A stretch of DNA of 63,193 nt from Octopus sinensis (Eukaryota), in NCBI RefSeq assembly GCF_006345805.1, contig NW_021833442.1, positions 1 to 63,193 of the forward strand. Direction: 5' to 3'. The position numbers and the translations under genes are program-made. This document shows positions 51,776 to 63,193 of the stretch, piece after piece (positions within the stretch are counted from its first letter, which is position 1; every line of letters begins with the position of its first letter). A model generated the notes under the pieces. The model made no database searches. It was not told the origin of the DNA and saw only the letters and a list, made by a program, of their open reading frames with translations.

Positions 51776-52762
51776 ATATATGGGTACAGGACATCACAAA
51801 AAGTAACAACATGAAATACGGATATGTAAACATGGGATACTAGCATTTTTGCGGACAACGAAAGAAACAAATAGAAAAACAAGACAAGTAACATAAAGAG
51901 CGACCCTTCATCAGTTGTTGGCTGTTTATCTACTCCACATTTTGAGCAATTACGACAATATGTGCCTTCGAAGAATCAGCTGCTCCCACAAACCAAAATA
52001 AAATTTGGGATTTTGCGTTATATATATATATATACGTCACTGGACCGACGTCTGGAATTCCGGACATAGTTCCAACGACGATTGCGCAATACGCAATAAC
52101 CCCGATAACGCTTAGTAGCCATAAGTGGTAAATGTACTCCGCCGGCACACTACCGGGAACTTACTCGGAACAAGGTTTGGATACTACATTTGATGCCTCC
52201 TTTCTAAACCTAAATTTTTGATTTTCAATCTAACTTTCATATATATATATATATATTTGCTCAGGACAACGGTGAACAATTATTTGAAAATATACTATTG
52301 CTCCTAAAGTAGGTGGATTTAAGTTTCAACACTGTATTATTTCAAAGATGTATCTGCACTCCATTCAAATTACCCTCACGTCACATTCTTCCTCATTTGC
52401 TAGGCAAAAGTGAATTCTCTTTGAGTGGATATAAATAAATTAAAATTGGAAATGAAAAAGAAAAAACATTTGTCATCACTCGAAAAACATTTAGTTGAAA
52501 CAGAGAATAGAGTTCCATGATCAAAGAACTACAAAACCTAAATACTTTTTTTTATTTTGAGCCTTCCTTCATTTCTCGACGAACTGGAAAATACTAATAT
52601 CCTCGATTGAAGTTTTCGTTTCTATATTTTCTCAGTTCTTTCTCTCTTAGCTTAGCTTATAGAATCCTTACTCAATATAGTGATCCACGTACTTGGCTAT
52701 TCTAGAAGCAGCTGTAAGAGACTCTATCTTTTTATCAAAACTACTCTGCACTATGTTTACAT

Positions 52763-52814
<52 letters not shown>

Positions 52815-52867
52815 GATATATGAAATTTAATGACAAAGGAACAGGAATTTATGCAATAGACTTCATT

Positions 52868-53090
52868 AGCTTACAATTGTTTCTGCTATAAGACGCAGTA
52901 TACTCAGAGCTGGGTGCTTCTGTATCACGTTATAGCTTCCTCGAAGCTTCAAAAATGAAATGCAAGTTGGAAAGGATCACCGACTAAAAAACAAATTATT
53001 TACGCTTCATTTTTGAAGCTCAGAGATGAAGCTAATAAGGTGACGCACAAAGACTCAGTTCTGTGTGCAGTGCAGAAACAGCTGTAAGTT
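52868..53090. ncRNA. Two divergent, degenerate PLE-type hammerhead motifs
   Basis: Minus 52,868-52,911: agct-CTGAGTA...gca-GAAA-CAATTG-T-A-agct; plus 53,017-53,090: agct-cagagatgaagc...gca-GAAA-CAGCTG-T-A-agtt. Confidence 0.4.
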
Positions 53091-53928
53091 GATGAAATTC
53101 AGAGCCTAATTTCCTGTTTCTTTGTCATTTTATTTAATTTCATTCTACGCTCTGCACTCGACTAACTTTTTACTCTGATGGAATAAGCAACTGACTTTCG
53201 AAACAAGTACTAGAGTCAATTTGTTCAACTAAATCCTTGAAGGTGGTGTCCCAGCATACCTGCAGTTCTTTAACTGAAACAGATAATAGGTAAAAAAAGG
53301 TAACTTTTGAATTTATGAATTAAATATCATAGATAGATGGATGGATAGATTAATAGATAAACAGTAAAATATGATTCTTTATTTACAAAGTCACGATTTT
53401 AATCAAAGATTTCTAAAAGAATATTTTTTAAAAAACGCCCCTACCTCTTCATTCCACACAATCCATTTAGGCAAAAATACACACTAATTATATTTGTTAG
53501 TTTTGGTACTATATTAATATTTCACCGTTGTCGTTGTTACCATAACAATGTAATTTTGTTAAATTTCTTAAGGGATTGTTTGTTTGATTGTGTTTTTTTT
53601 AAATATGCGTGGTTCTCAAATATTTTGTTTTTTATTTTATTTGTATTCTTATTTATTTGTATCTTAATGCTCATTTTAGTTTACTTTTGTTTTGTCTTTT
53701 TTTTCTTGTTTCCAATTTTTTTTAATGTTTAATTACAAATTAGTTTTCTGGCTTTCTGTGTCTTAATTATTTTACATTACAGATTCTATTTCTTGATTTT
53801 GCTGTTTCCTCCATTGTTTTTATTGCATTGTGGGTAATTACTTTTTGTTGTTTTTCATTTATCATCCTCATCCTCATCATTATTATTATTATTATTATTC
53901 TTATTATTATTATTATTATTATTATTAT

Positions 53929-54485
53929 TGAGTGAGAGAGCAGTTCATGCCATCAAAGTGACACTGGGGTAAAATATACGAAGCCCAATATACCCATCAT
54001 GACTACCCGTCTGATAAAGGTACACTAGGCACATGCATCACAACCATATGTGCGCGACATGGTGATCTCATATCAAGATAAACAGCATATGACCTTGCAG
54101 GTGGGGCCCAGTTAGAATTTTCTTCAGGTTGAGTAGCCCATCCCGCTCAAAAGGTCCCTGAATAAGGATTGTTTAAGGATGTTGAAAGAACCACCCGTGT
54201 TTCCAGAGGTGAATTATTCAAACCCCAAAGAATCCCTCTCAACACATGGCTATGATGCTCCCCCACTTCTTCTGCTCGTGATCAGAGATGCACATATCGT
54301 CAGCCACTAAGGGACATGCTCAACTGGTTAAGGTCAAACAACTGACAAGCAAATCTGTGGTATTGAGCAGAATATTTGCTGTAGCCCATCTTTTATACCA
54401 AGACAAAACAATGTACATGATAACACTTCCAATCAATTAAGATCAGAAGCCATGAGAGCCACTGCCTGGTACTGCATCAGGGCAT
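53929..54485 (-). mobile_element. Complete ~560-bp non-coding element flanked by (TAA)n on both sides
   Basis: (tta)n at 53,878-53,928 and 54,486-54,662; reverse complement of the element at 1-492. Confidence 0.85.
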
Positions 54486-54500
54486 TTATTATTATTATTA

Positions 54501-54593
<93 letters not shown>

Positions 54594-54622
54594 TTATTAT
54601 TATTATTATTATTATTATATTA

Positions 54623-54653
<31 letters not shown>

Positions 54654-54664
54654 TTATTATTATC

Positions 54665-55245
54665 TAATGAAAAGTTTCAGCATATTTTACTGAGTACGAT
54701 GGAAAGTGTCAGCTGCCCACAGCCAGCAAATTAAGGTGACACTTGTTTACTGGTCATGCTTCAAGAACCCTATGAAGAATTCTTGCAGTTCCAAGCAATA
54801 CTGGTTTTTGTGTATGTTCTGTGTCTATATTTGTATCAATCTTTTTGAACCACGTTGGTAGCTGAGTTCTGATACTTCCAAGTGCACCGATTACTTTTGG
54901 CATCCCGTCTACTCTACTCATTGACCACAACCTTCCTATTTCCCACTTCAAATCGTCGTAGTCGTTCAGTTTTTCTTCTCATTTATCTTCGATCTTTTTG
55001 TCACCGGGATATGCTATGTGGATTAGCATGCAAGCTCTTTCCTCTTTATTCACCACAACCATGTCCGATTTCCGATACCTAATCAGGTGATCACACTGAA
55101 TCATTGCGTTCCACAGGATTTGGCAATCTTCATTCTCGATGATTCCTTCTGGGGGTTTGCTCATACCACGTCTTTGCTCTTTGTAGGCCGTGATTTACAT
55201 TCTTGCCACATTGTCATCTCGTCTTTTGTAATCGCGTTGTGTCAA
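54665..55245 (-). pseudogene. R4/Dong-clade 3' fragment A (RLE domain plus 3' UTR plus TAA tail)
   Basis: LTQRDYKRRDDNVAR, PEGIIENEDCQILWNAMIQCDHLIRYRKSDMVVVNKEERACMLIHIAYPGD, VIGALGSI, LLGTARILHRVLEA*. Confidence 0.85.
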
Positions 55246-55309
55246 ATTATCATTATTATCATTATTATTATTATTATTGTTGTTATTGTTGTTGTTATTA
55301 TTTTATTAT

Positions 55310-55738
55310 TTTCTTTGCACAGCTTCTAATGCTGGAGATGTACTACAATGTCAGCTGTTCACCACCAGTAAACTAAAGTAACACTCCTTATTTTTCGAGC
55401 ACCATCCGGAGTATTTGACCGGTTCCAAGCAGTGCTGTTTTCTGTAAGTGCTCCACCCTTATTGCAGCCCCTATTTATTCCATGTACTTCTCAATATTTT
55501 TACTCACTGTTCCCAGGGCTCCGACAATTATTAGTACTACTACCACCTTTTTCATCGACCACAACTGCTTAACCTCCCAAGCTAACCTGTCATATCTATC
55601 AACTTTTCTTTCTTCCTTATCGGATACCTTATTGTCAGCTGGGCATGCTATATCTATGATCCAGCATAGTTTGCTTTCTTTCTCAATTAAGACTATGTCT
55701 GGCTTCCTATTTTCTATCTAATGATCGCACTGAATCAT
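55310..55738 (-). pseudogene. R4/Dong-clade 3' fragment B (RLE catalytic region plus 3' UTR plus TAA tail)
   Basis: Manual translation MIQCDH*IENRKPDIVLIEKESKLCWIIDIACPADNKVSDKEERKVDRYDRLAWEVKQLWSMKKVVVVLIIVGALGTVSKNIEKYME*IGAAIRVEHLQKTALLGTGQILRMVLEK*; RKPD..D..E.K..Y motif. Confidence 0.88.
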
Positions 55739-55749
55739 AAAATCTCACA

Positions 55750-55915
55750 TATTGTCAGTCACAAAGGGACATGCGTAACTGTTAAGGTCAAACAACTGGC
55801 AAACCAATCTGTGGTACTGAGTAGAATATTTCATGTATCCCATCTTTTACACCAAGACAAAATATGTAGATCTTAACACGTCCAATTAGTTAAGATCAGA
55901 AACTAGAGCCACTGT
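55750..55915 (-). mobile_element. 5' portion of another copy of the ~560-bp element
   Basis: aagggacatgc...ttaaggtcaaacaactg...aatctgtggta...ccatctttta...ttaagatcagaa matches 54,308-54,450. Confidence 0.75.
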
Positions 55916-56299
55916 TATTGTTGTTATTTACTTTTAATCTGCTTGCTTGTTATAATCACTTGCCAAGACACATCCAGTGTCCTAGGGTGAATGAAGCATA
56001 AGAGATGTTACAGTATGGCCGGAAGCTTAGGGGAGGGACAGTAGCAGAGGCACTAGCGAAATATCTTCATGTAATACAACACAGATATTTAAATTGATAG
56101 AGTTTTTCTAAGGATGTGGGCAGTACTTAACAACACATTCTTTTGCATTTCTCTGAAGCATGGTCCCCCGGGGATGTTGTCTACATGTTTCTCACATATC
56201 TTTTTTATCATACCTAGGGTACCTACAATAACAAGAATAATTCTTGCTTTAAGGTGCCACATCTTTTGAATTTCAAGTTACAGGTCCTTACGTTTACTT

Positions 56300-56389
<90 letters not shown>

Positions 56390-56391
<2 letters not shown>

Positions 56392-56570
56392 GGCAGCAAA
56401 CTGGCAGAATCGTTCGTATGCCGGACAAGATCCTTAGAGGCCCTTTCTTCCGGCTTTACGTTTTGTGTGCAAAAGCCGCCGAGATCAACACTAACTTTCA
56501 TCCTTTCAGGGTCGATAAAATAAAGTACTATTTGAATACTGAGATCGATGTAATCCAGCTGACCATCTTA
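56390..56570 (+). mobile_element. SINE family B, immediately after a (CAT)n(TAT)n tract
   Basis: aaggcagcaaactggcagaatcgttcg...ctttcatcctttcagggtcgataaaataaagtac. Confidence 0.75.
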
Positions 56571-56583
56571 GCAGCTCACCGCT

Positions 56584-56584
<1 letters not shown>

Positions 56585-56641
<57 letters not shown>

Positions 56642-56650
56642 ATGATAATG

Positions 56651-56683
<33 letters not shown>

Positions 56684-56875
56684 TAATAATAATACGAAGA
56701 AGAAGAAGAGAAGAGAAGAAGAAGAAAAAGAAGAAGAAGAAAAGAAAAAGAAGAAGAAGAAGAAGAAGAAGAAGAAGAAAAAGAAGAAGAAGAAGAAGAA
56801 GAAGAAGAAAAAGAAGAAGAAGAAGAAGAGAAGAAGAAGAAGAAGAAGAAGAGAAGAAGAAGAAGAAGAAGAATG
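56585..56875. repeat. (TAG)n(TAA)n(GAA)n trinucleotide stack
   Basis: Directly visible. Confidence 0.95.
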
Positions 56876-57589
56876 CGCTTTTTAATAACCACTAAAGGTT
56901 CATAGAAACACTGATAATAAGTATTTTTATAATCATCATCATTCTCCTAATCTTCCGCTTTCCCCTCATTATCTTTCTCTCTTTCTCTCTCTCCCTCTTA
57001 CTTCAACCCTGCTACACCATCTTAACTGAATTTCTGAGCTGTGCAGTCTCTGGTGAGATAAGAAAAACTCAACTCCGACCCCGTTCACTCCGACATTAGG
57101 GAATAAAGATGAAATGATGGAACAGCGGCTGGTTGAGAGGTTGGCGGAATTTGAAGAGATAGAAAATGCAAGAAGATAGAGAGCACGGTGGAGGGAGATA
57201 GAATGAGAGAGTAAGAGAGAGAGACAGAGAGAGAGAGACAGACAGAGAGACAGAGAGACAGACAAAGAAACAGACATACAGACAGAGATAGACGGAGAAG
57301 TAAAAGTTACTGAGATACGGAAAGAGGAAACGTAGAAAAGTAGAGAGAGACAAAGTAAAGTAGAGAGAGACATAAAAAAAGTGATCAGAAGAGAAAGGCA
57401 GAGAGAGAAAGAGAAAGGCTAAGAAAAGCAACAGATTGAGAAGCATAAAAATGAGAGAGATGGAATAAGGGGGGGGGGATGAAAGGTGGCTTGAAAGAAA
57501 AATCATTCGTTTCTGTCAATTGAAGACAAAAATATTGGTTCCCAAAATGAAATCGTTTGCAGCAAATTTCTTGAGTGCATGTGTGTCTT

Positions 57590-57635
<46 letters not shown>

Positions 57636-57834
57636 TGTGTGTGTGCGTGTGCGTGTATGTGTGTGTGAATGTGTGTGTGTGTTTCGGTCTAAATATACAT
57701 CAAATAATGTGTGTAAACTGGTGAGGGTGTGTATGTACATATGTAATGTACATACACACCCTCACCAGATACAAACGCAAGCACATACACGTATACGTAC
57801 ATATATGCATATATAGATATATATATATATATAT

Positions 57835-57873
<39 letters not shown>

Positions 57874-57901
57874 TAATATTATATATAATATATATATATA
57901 T

Positions 57902-57977
<76 letters not shown>

Positions 57978-58101
57978 ATAGATAGAAAGATAGATAGATA
58001 CTCATACATTCGTACATACATTCATAAATACACTTATACATATATGCGTATAGGAAGCTGCACATGAATATATAAGAGTGCATACTTGTGAATGCGCGCG
58101 C

Positions 58102-58149
<48 letters not shown>

Positions 58150-58240
58150 GTGTCGGGAGAAAGTTAGAATGAGAACAGGCATAATAAATGATGCATGCAA
58201 ACATAATTCTAAGAGTGTGCGTTTTCATACACACACACAC

Positions 58241-58281
<41 letters not shown>

Positions 58282-58309
58282 TATAATGTATATACATACA
58301 CACATATGC

Positions 58310-58451
58310 TTTTATTCTTTTATTTTTTTCAGTCACTTGACTGTGACCATGCTGGAGCACCGCCTTTAGTCGAACAAATCGATCCCAGGACTTATTCTTT
58401 GTAAGCCTAGTACTTATTCTACCGGTCTGTTTTGCCGAACCGCTAAGTTAC
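58310..58451 (-). mobile_element. SINE family A 3' half
   Basis: catgctggagcaccgcctttagtcgaacaaatcgatcccaggacttattctttgtaagcctagtac. Confidence 0.85.
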
Positions 58452-59013
58452 ACATATATAAACCTATTTATAGTCATACATACACACACATATGATATAT
58501 ATATACACTCATTACGTATATGTATATATGTGTATATATATTAGGTTTGGAGATGATGTACAGGTATTATATATTAGAAGAAATGAGGTACTCAGAAGTC
58601 TGGATGGTTTTATATTTACAGATATTTATTAGTATGTTACTTGTTTTTATATATCATATATCATATATCAGCGCTTTCGTCCACTCTAGTGGAGTCGTCA
58701 GATTGAACTTTTGCAGGAATTTTATGCACACAGAGTAGGATAGGCAAGTATACACCAATGAACACTCGCATAAGAATGTGTATACACGCATCAATATTCA
58801 CGCACATTTTGTCACCAATGTCTACACACATATACCAATATACGCACACTTACATATAGAGCAATATGTACAGCCACAAACAACGATTTACACGCACACA
58901 GACACACATACACATATACCAGCACCTCATTCTATACACAAAATACATCCATGATTACACAAATGCACACGCGCATGCGTGCATGCTAATATACACATGA
59001 CGACACTCACTAG

Positions 59014-59024
59014 CACGCCATTGT

Positions 59025-59060
<36 letters not shown>

Positions 59061-59070
59061 GTACGCCAAT

Positions 59071-59114
<44 letters not shown>

Positions 59115-59130
59115 ACGCCATTGTACACAC
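59014..59130. repeat. Three-copy minisatellite (g)gtacgcca(t/a)tgta(ca)n
   Basis: Three copies of a 13-nt anchor, each followed by a (CA)n run of different length. Confidence 0.8.
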
Positions 59131-60072
59131 ACAGATAGACGCGCGCGCACACTCGCACACACTTAAGCAGAGCCATTACCCAAGGGAGTAGGCCATCATC
59201 GAAATCCCTAATTGCCCGAAGGGATTAAAATGATGGAACTGAGGGCAGAGAGAGAAAGAGATAAAAAGAGAGAGAAGAGAGAGAGAGGGAGAGAGAGAGA
59301 GAGAGATGTTCAGAATCCCAGTTGTAGATTATAGTTTGTATTGGATGAGGATAGGGATGAAATGATGATGATGATGTCGACATTGATGACGATGATGATG
59401 ATGATGATGGAGATGATGATAATGTTCATGGTGATGATGATGACGATGTGGAGGAGGAGGAGGTGGATGGAGGATAATGATGAGGATGATCATGATGATG
59501 GTGTGGAGAAGGAGGAGATGTAGGAGGAGGAAGAATAGGCAGAGGAGATGGCAATCTAGTTTCTAAAACATAAATTACGGCAGGGTCACCTTTGGAATGA
59601 ATTTGATCATAGGCTTGCTCGAACAGGGCTGACCGTGTGTTAAACAACAACAGTAATACGAATACAACCATTAGCTGTCACGACAACAACAACAATTTCA
59701 ACAATACAAATTCACCGGTAGCAAAAATATTTTTTAAATTCATTTTTCTTGAGCCCAAGGACTCGTAAGGTCAGTTTTCGTGGCGAGATTGCAACAGTAA
59801 CCCTGAACAACAGAACCGGTCTGTTGTGGGGTTCGATATCAGCAATTTTAAGGAAAGGAGCACAAGTCAATTACGTAGATCCCAGTGCGCGTCTGATGAT
59901 TCGTTTTTATCAACCTCGAAGGGACAAAAACTCAGAATGTAAAGGAGCCGAAGCAAAAAATACTGAAAAAGCACTTTGTCCGCCCATCCATAACGACTCG
60001 GCCATCTTGCTGCATTCGACAACACCACTAGTAACACTTTAAAACGTAACAAATCTAGAAACAAGAACAACA

Positions 60073-60098
<26 letters not shown>

Positions 60099-60103
<5 letters not shown>

Positions 60104-60508
60104 TTTTACTCCTTTAGTTGTTTCAGTTATGTAACTCTGGCCATGCTGGAGCACCGCCTTTTTGTCGAGCAAATCGATCCCAGGACTTACTTTTTGTAAA
60201 CCTAGTACTTATTCTATAGGTCGCTCTTGCCGAACCGCTAAGTTACGGGGGCGTAAACAAACCACCATCGGTTGTCAAGTGATGTTGGGAGGACAAACAA
60301 AGACACACAAACATATACACACATACATATATATACGTATATACGACAGGCTTCTTTCAGTTTCCGTCTACCAAATCCACTCACAAGGCTTTAGTTGACC
60401 CGAGGCTATAGTAGAAGACACTTGCCCAAGGTACCACGCAGTGGGACAGAACCCAGAACCATGTGGCTGGTAAGCAAGCTACTTAGGACACAGCCACTCC
60501 TACGCCCT
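60099..60508 (-). mobile_element. SINE family A, full length
   Basis: Complete head, core and tail. Confidence 0.9.
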
Positions 60509-60810
60509 TCTACAAATGTCTTAATTTTTTTTAGCACAAAGCATTTCAAAACAAAACAGTATAAGGAAATAAAACAAACAAGCAAAAATGAAGAAAGCCA
60601 CATCGTTGAAACGTGAATTAGAATTTTTAAAAAAGGGGAAAATCCTGAAAATGAATGAGAGCCATATGTATACATATATATATATGCGTGTGTGTTTGAA
60701 TGTATATATGTGTGTGTGAGTGTGTGTGCATGTATATAGGTATGTGTGTGTATATATACATATATATATATATATAATATATATATATTATATATAATAC
60801 ATATTATATA

Positions 60811-60875
<65 letters not shown>

Positions 60876-60957
60876 TATATATATATGTATGTATATATAT
60901 ATATAGTTAATCCAAACATGAAAACACAAGAGAAAACACAACAACGCGAGGACGTGG

Positions 60958-60992
60958 ATTTAACGTTTCGAGCGGAGCTCTTCGTCAGAAAC
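60958..60992 (-). ncRNA. Minimal hammerhead ribozyme motif, second copy
   Basis: Minus strand: gttt-CTGACGA-a-gagc/tcc/gctc-GAAA-CG-T-T-aaat; core boxes and helix II stem identical to 5,198-5,234 apart from N7. Confidence 0.6.
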
Positions 60993-61044
60993 ATAGGAAA
61001 AGGAAAGATCCCAGGAAGGGAAGATGGAAGAAAAAAATTGCGGT

Positions 61045-61076
<32 letters not shown>

Positions 61077-61078
61077 CA

Positions 61079-61113
<35 letters not shown>

Positions 61114-62074
61114 ATTATAATGCACACATACGTACGTATATACATGCAAACATATGCATAATTTGTACATGTATGCATCTATACATTTAATATATTAAAA
61201 AAAACTTGAAGCGAGATTTAAACTTGTATGTGTTGTGTGTGTGTATGTGTGTGTGTGTGTGTGCATAATGCAAAAACAGATATGAAAAACAGAAACAAGT
61301 AAAACAAAGAACCTCCCTACACAAGCACAGAGAAGAAAACAACATCAAAACAGCAACAATCACAACAACAGCAACAATCACAACAGCAACAATCACAACA
61401 ACAGCAACAACAGCAACAACAGCAGCAACAACAACAGGTGTGCTGCTGAGACTAAACAAACCGAGTTGATGTGAATAGAAAATGTTGACAGATTTCATTG
61501 GAAGATTTCAGGAAACTCTTGGAGTAAGAATTAAGGAAAATAGCGAGATGACAATACTTAGAAGCTGTGGGAAGGAATGGGAGGGAGTTGGTGGGGATAT
61601 GGTAGGGGGGAGGCAGGTGTTGATGATAGTGGTTGTGGTTGTGGTGGTAATGGGAATGGTGGTGCGTGGTGGTAATGGGGGCGTTGTTGTTGTTGTATTT
61701 GCTGTTGTTGTTGTTGTTGGTAGTTGTGGTGGTAGTTACGGTAGCTACGATGGAGGCAGTGGTGGTGGTAACTGTGGTGTGGGTGGTAGTGGTGGTGGTG
61801 GCGGCGATGGTAGTGATTGTAGTAGTAGCTACAGTGGAGGGGTGATGGTGGGGGTGATATGGTGGTGGTGCCCGCGCTGGTACTGCAAATGAAGATGATA
61901 CTGATGATGAGGATAATGAAGCTACAACAGCCTTAATTTTTAACCACGAGCGGGCCACCGACACGCTAGAAATAGCACCCAAATGTGCCACAAGCCGTAA
62001 ACAACCAACTTCAAAAGAAAGGTATTGGATTATGTGATCCTAAACACACTATGTCTGAAAAACATATATACAGG

Positions 62075-62513
62075 AGGTTGGTCACGGAAAGGTGATCCAG
62101 CATGGCCGCAGTCAAATGACTGAAACAGGTAAAAGAGTAAAAAATTATGTTTGCCTAAGAAGTTCGCTTTGCAACCACGTTGCCTTCGGTTCAATCCCAC
62201 TCTGCGGCACCTATAATACAAAACTACAGTCTCAAACTATAGCACGTGACCGACCAACATCTTGCAAGTGAAATTGGTTGATGGAAACTGTGCGATAATC
62301 GGCCATATTTAATTCTTAGTCGAATGGATCGACCCCAGTACGTATTTCTTTTTTCCTACAGCCTGGTAATTATTCTATCGGTCACTTTTGCCGAGCCGCT
62401 AGGTAACGAAGACATAAGGAAAAACCAACACCAATTGTCAAGCGGTAGTAAGGGACGCAAACACACGCACACATTTATACGCACATATACATACATACAC
62501 ATACACGCACATA

Positions 62514-62566
<53 letters not shown>

Positions 62567-62930
62567 TTATAATATATATATGCATATATATATACATATA
62601 TTATATATGTATATTATATATATATGTTATATATCTATATATGTATATATATATATTATATATATGTAATATATATATATATTATAATATATATATATAT
62701 ATATATAGGTGGTGTGTGTTTTGTGCTTGTATCCACCATCGTTTAGAAACCGGTGCTGGTTTGTTTATATTCCAGTAACCTAGCAGTTCGGTAAAAGAGA
62801 ATGGTAGAATCTGTACCAGATATTAAAAATTGGGTTGATTTATTCGACTGAAAAATCCTCCAAGGTGGTGCCCCAGCATGGCCACAGTCTAAGTGCTGAA
62901 ACAAGAAAAAGATAAAAGACAAAAGAACAC
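62075..62930. mobile_element. Cluster of SINE family A fragments in both orientations
   Basis: Tail ~62,085-62,140 (+), head ~62,145-62,295 (+), 3' half ~62,310-62,470 (-), 3' half ~62,710-62,925 (+). Confidence 0.7.
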
Positions 62931-63193
62931 TAATAACAACAGCAGCGAGACGAGGTGTCTATGTGGTGTGTTAGCCAGCTAGAAATAGCGACTAAATCTA
63001 TCTCAGTTATATTTCTTCTGTCTTAATAATGGAGATAAGCAATTACCCCACCGCTGCAGCCAATCACCGCCGCCACCATCATATTATCCTCCACTATTAC
63101 CACTACCCTCATATGCCCATGAGCGATACCACCACCGCCATCATCACACCGTACTATCAACAATAGAAAACATAACCCTGCATCACCATCACC

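Noticed and set aside
61340-61991. Thr/His/Gly-rich ORFs (179 aa minus, 136 aa plus)
   Set aside because: Degenerate trinucleotide (ACA/TGG/TGT) tracts with no domain content.

Overview
A 63-kb eukaryotic, AT-rich, microsatellite-saturated window with no recognisable host protein-coding exon. The SINE and interspersed-repeat families look like those of a coleoid cephalopod (Octopus); this is an inference from recalled repeat families, not a database hit. Main components: (1) an apparently full-length ~6.15-kb L1/Tx1-clade LINE on the minus strand (22,997-29,150) with an intact 1,145-aa APE-RT-zinc-finger ORF2 and a frameshifted CCHC-knuckle ORF1, sitting inside one distinctive (GATA)n array; (2) a ~14.1-kb tandem array of a 32-bp unit (~440 copies) with a ~2.75-2.97-kb higher-order duplication, a left-to-right variant gradient and a 14-bp fold-back at its right end; (3) R4/Dong-type (restriction-like endonuclease) retrotransposon 3' fragments and a ~560-bp non-coding partner element stacked head-to-tail in (TAA)n tracts at two loci; (4) Penelope-like remnants, including a GIY-YIG fragment and several minimal hammerhead-ribozyme motifs; (5) a Tigger/pogo transposase relic, many tRNA-derived SINEs, a divergent pair of tRNA-like Pol III units and three unrelated long inverted-repeat (fold-back) elements. 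Nearly all ORFs in the supplied track other than the TE ones are microsatellite translation artefacts. Family names come from motif recognition and need HMM/BLAST confirmation.
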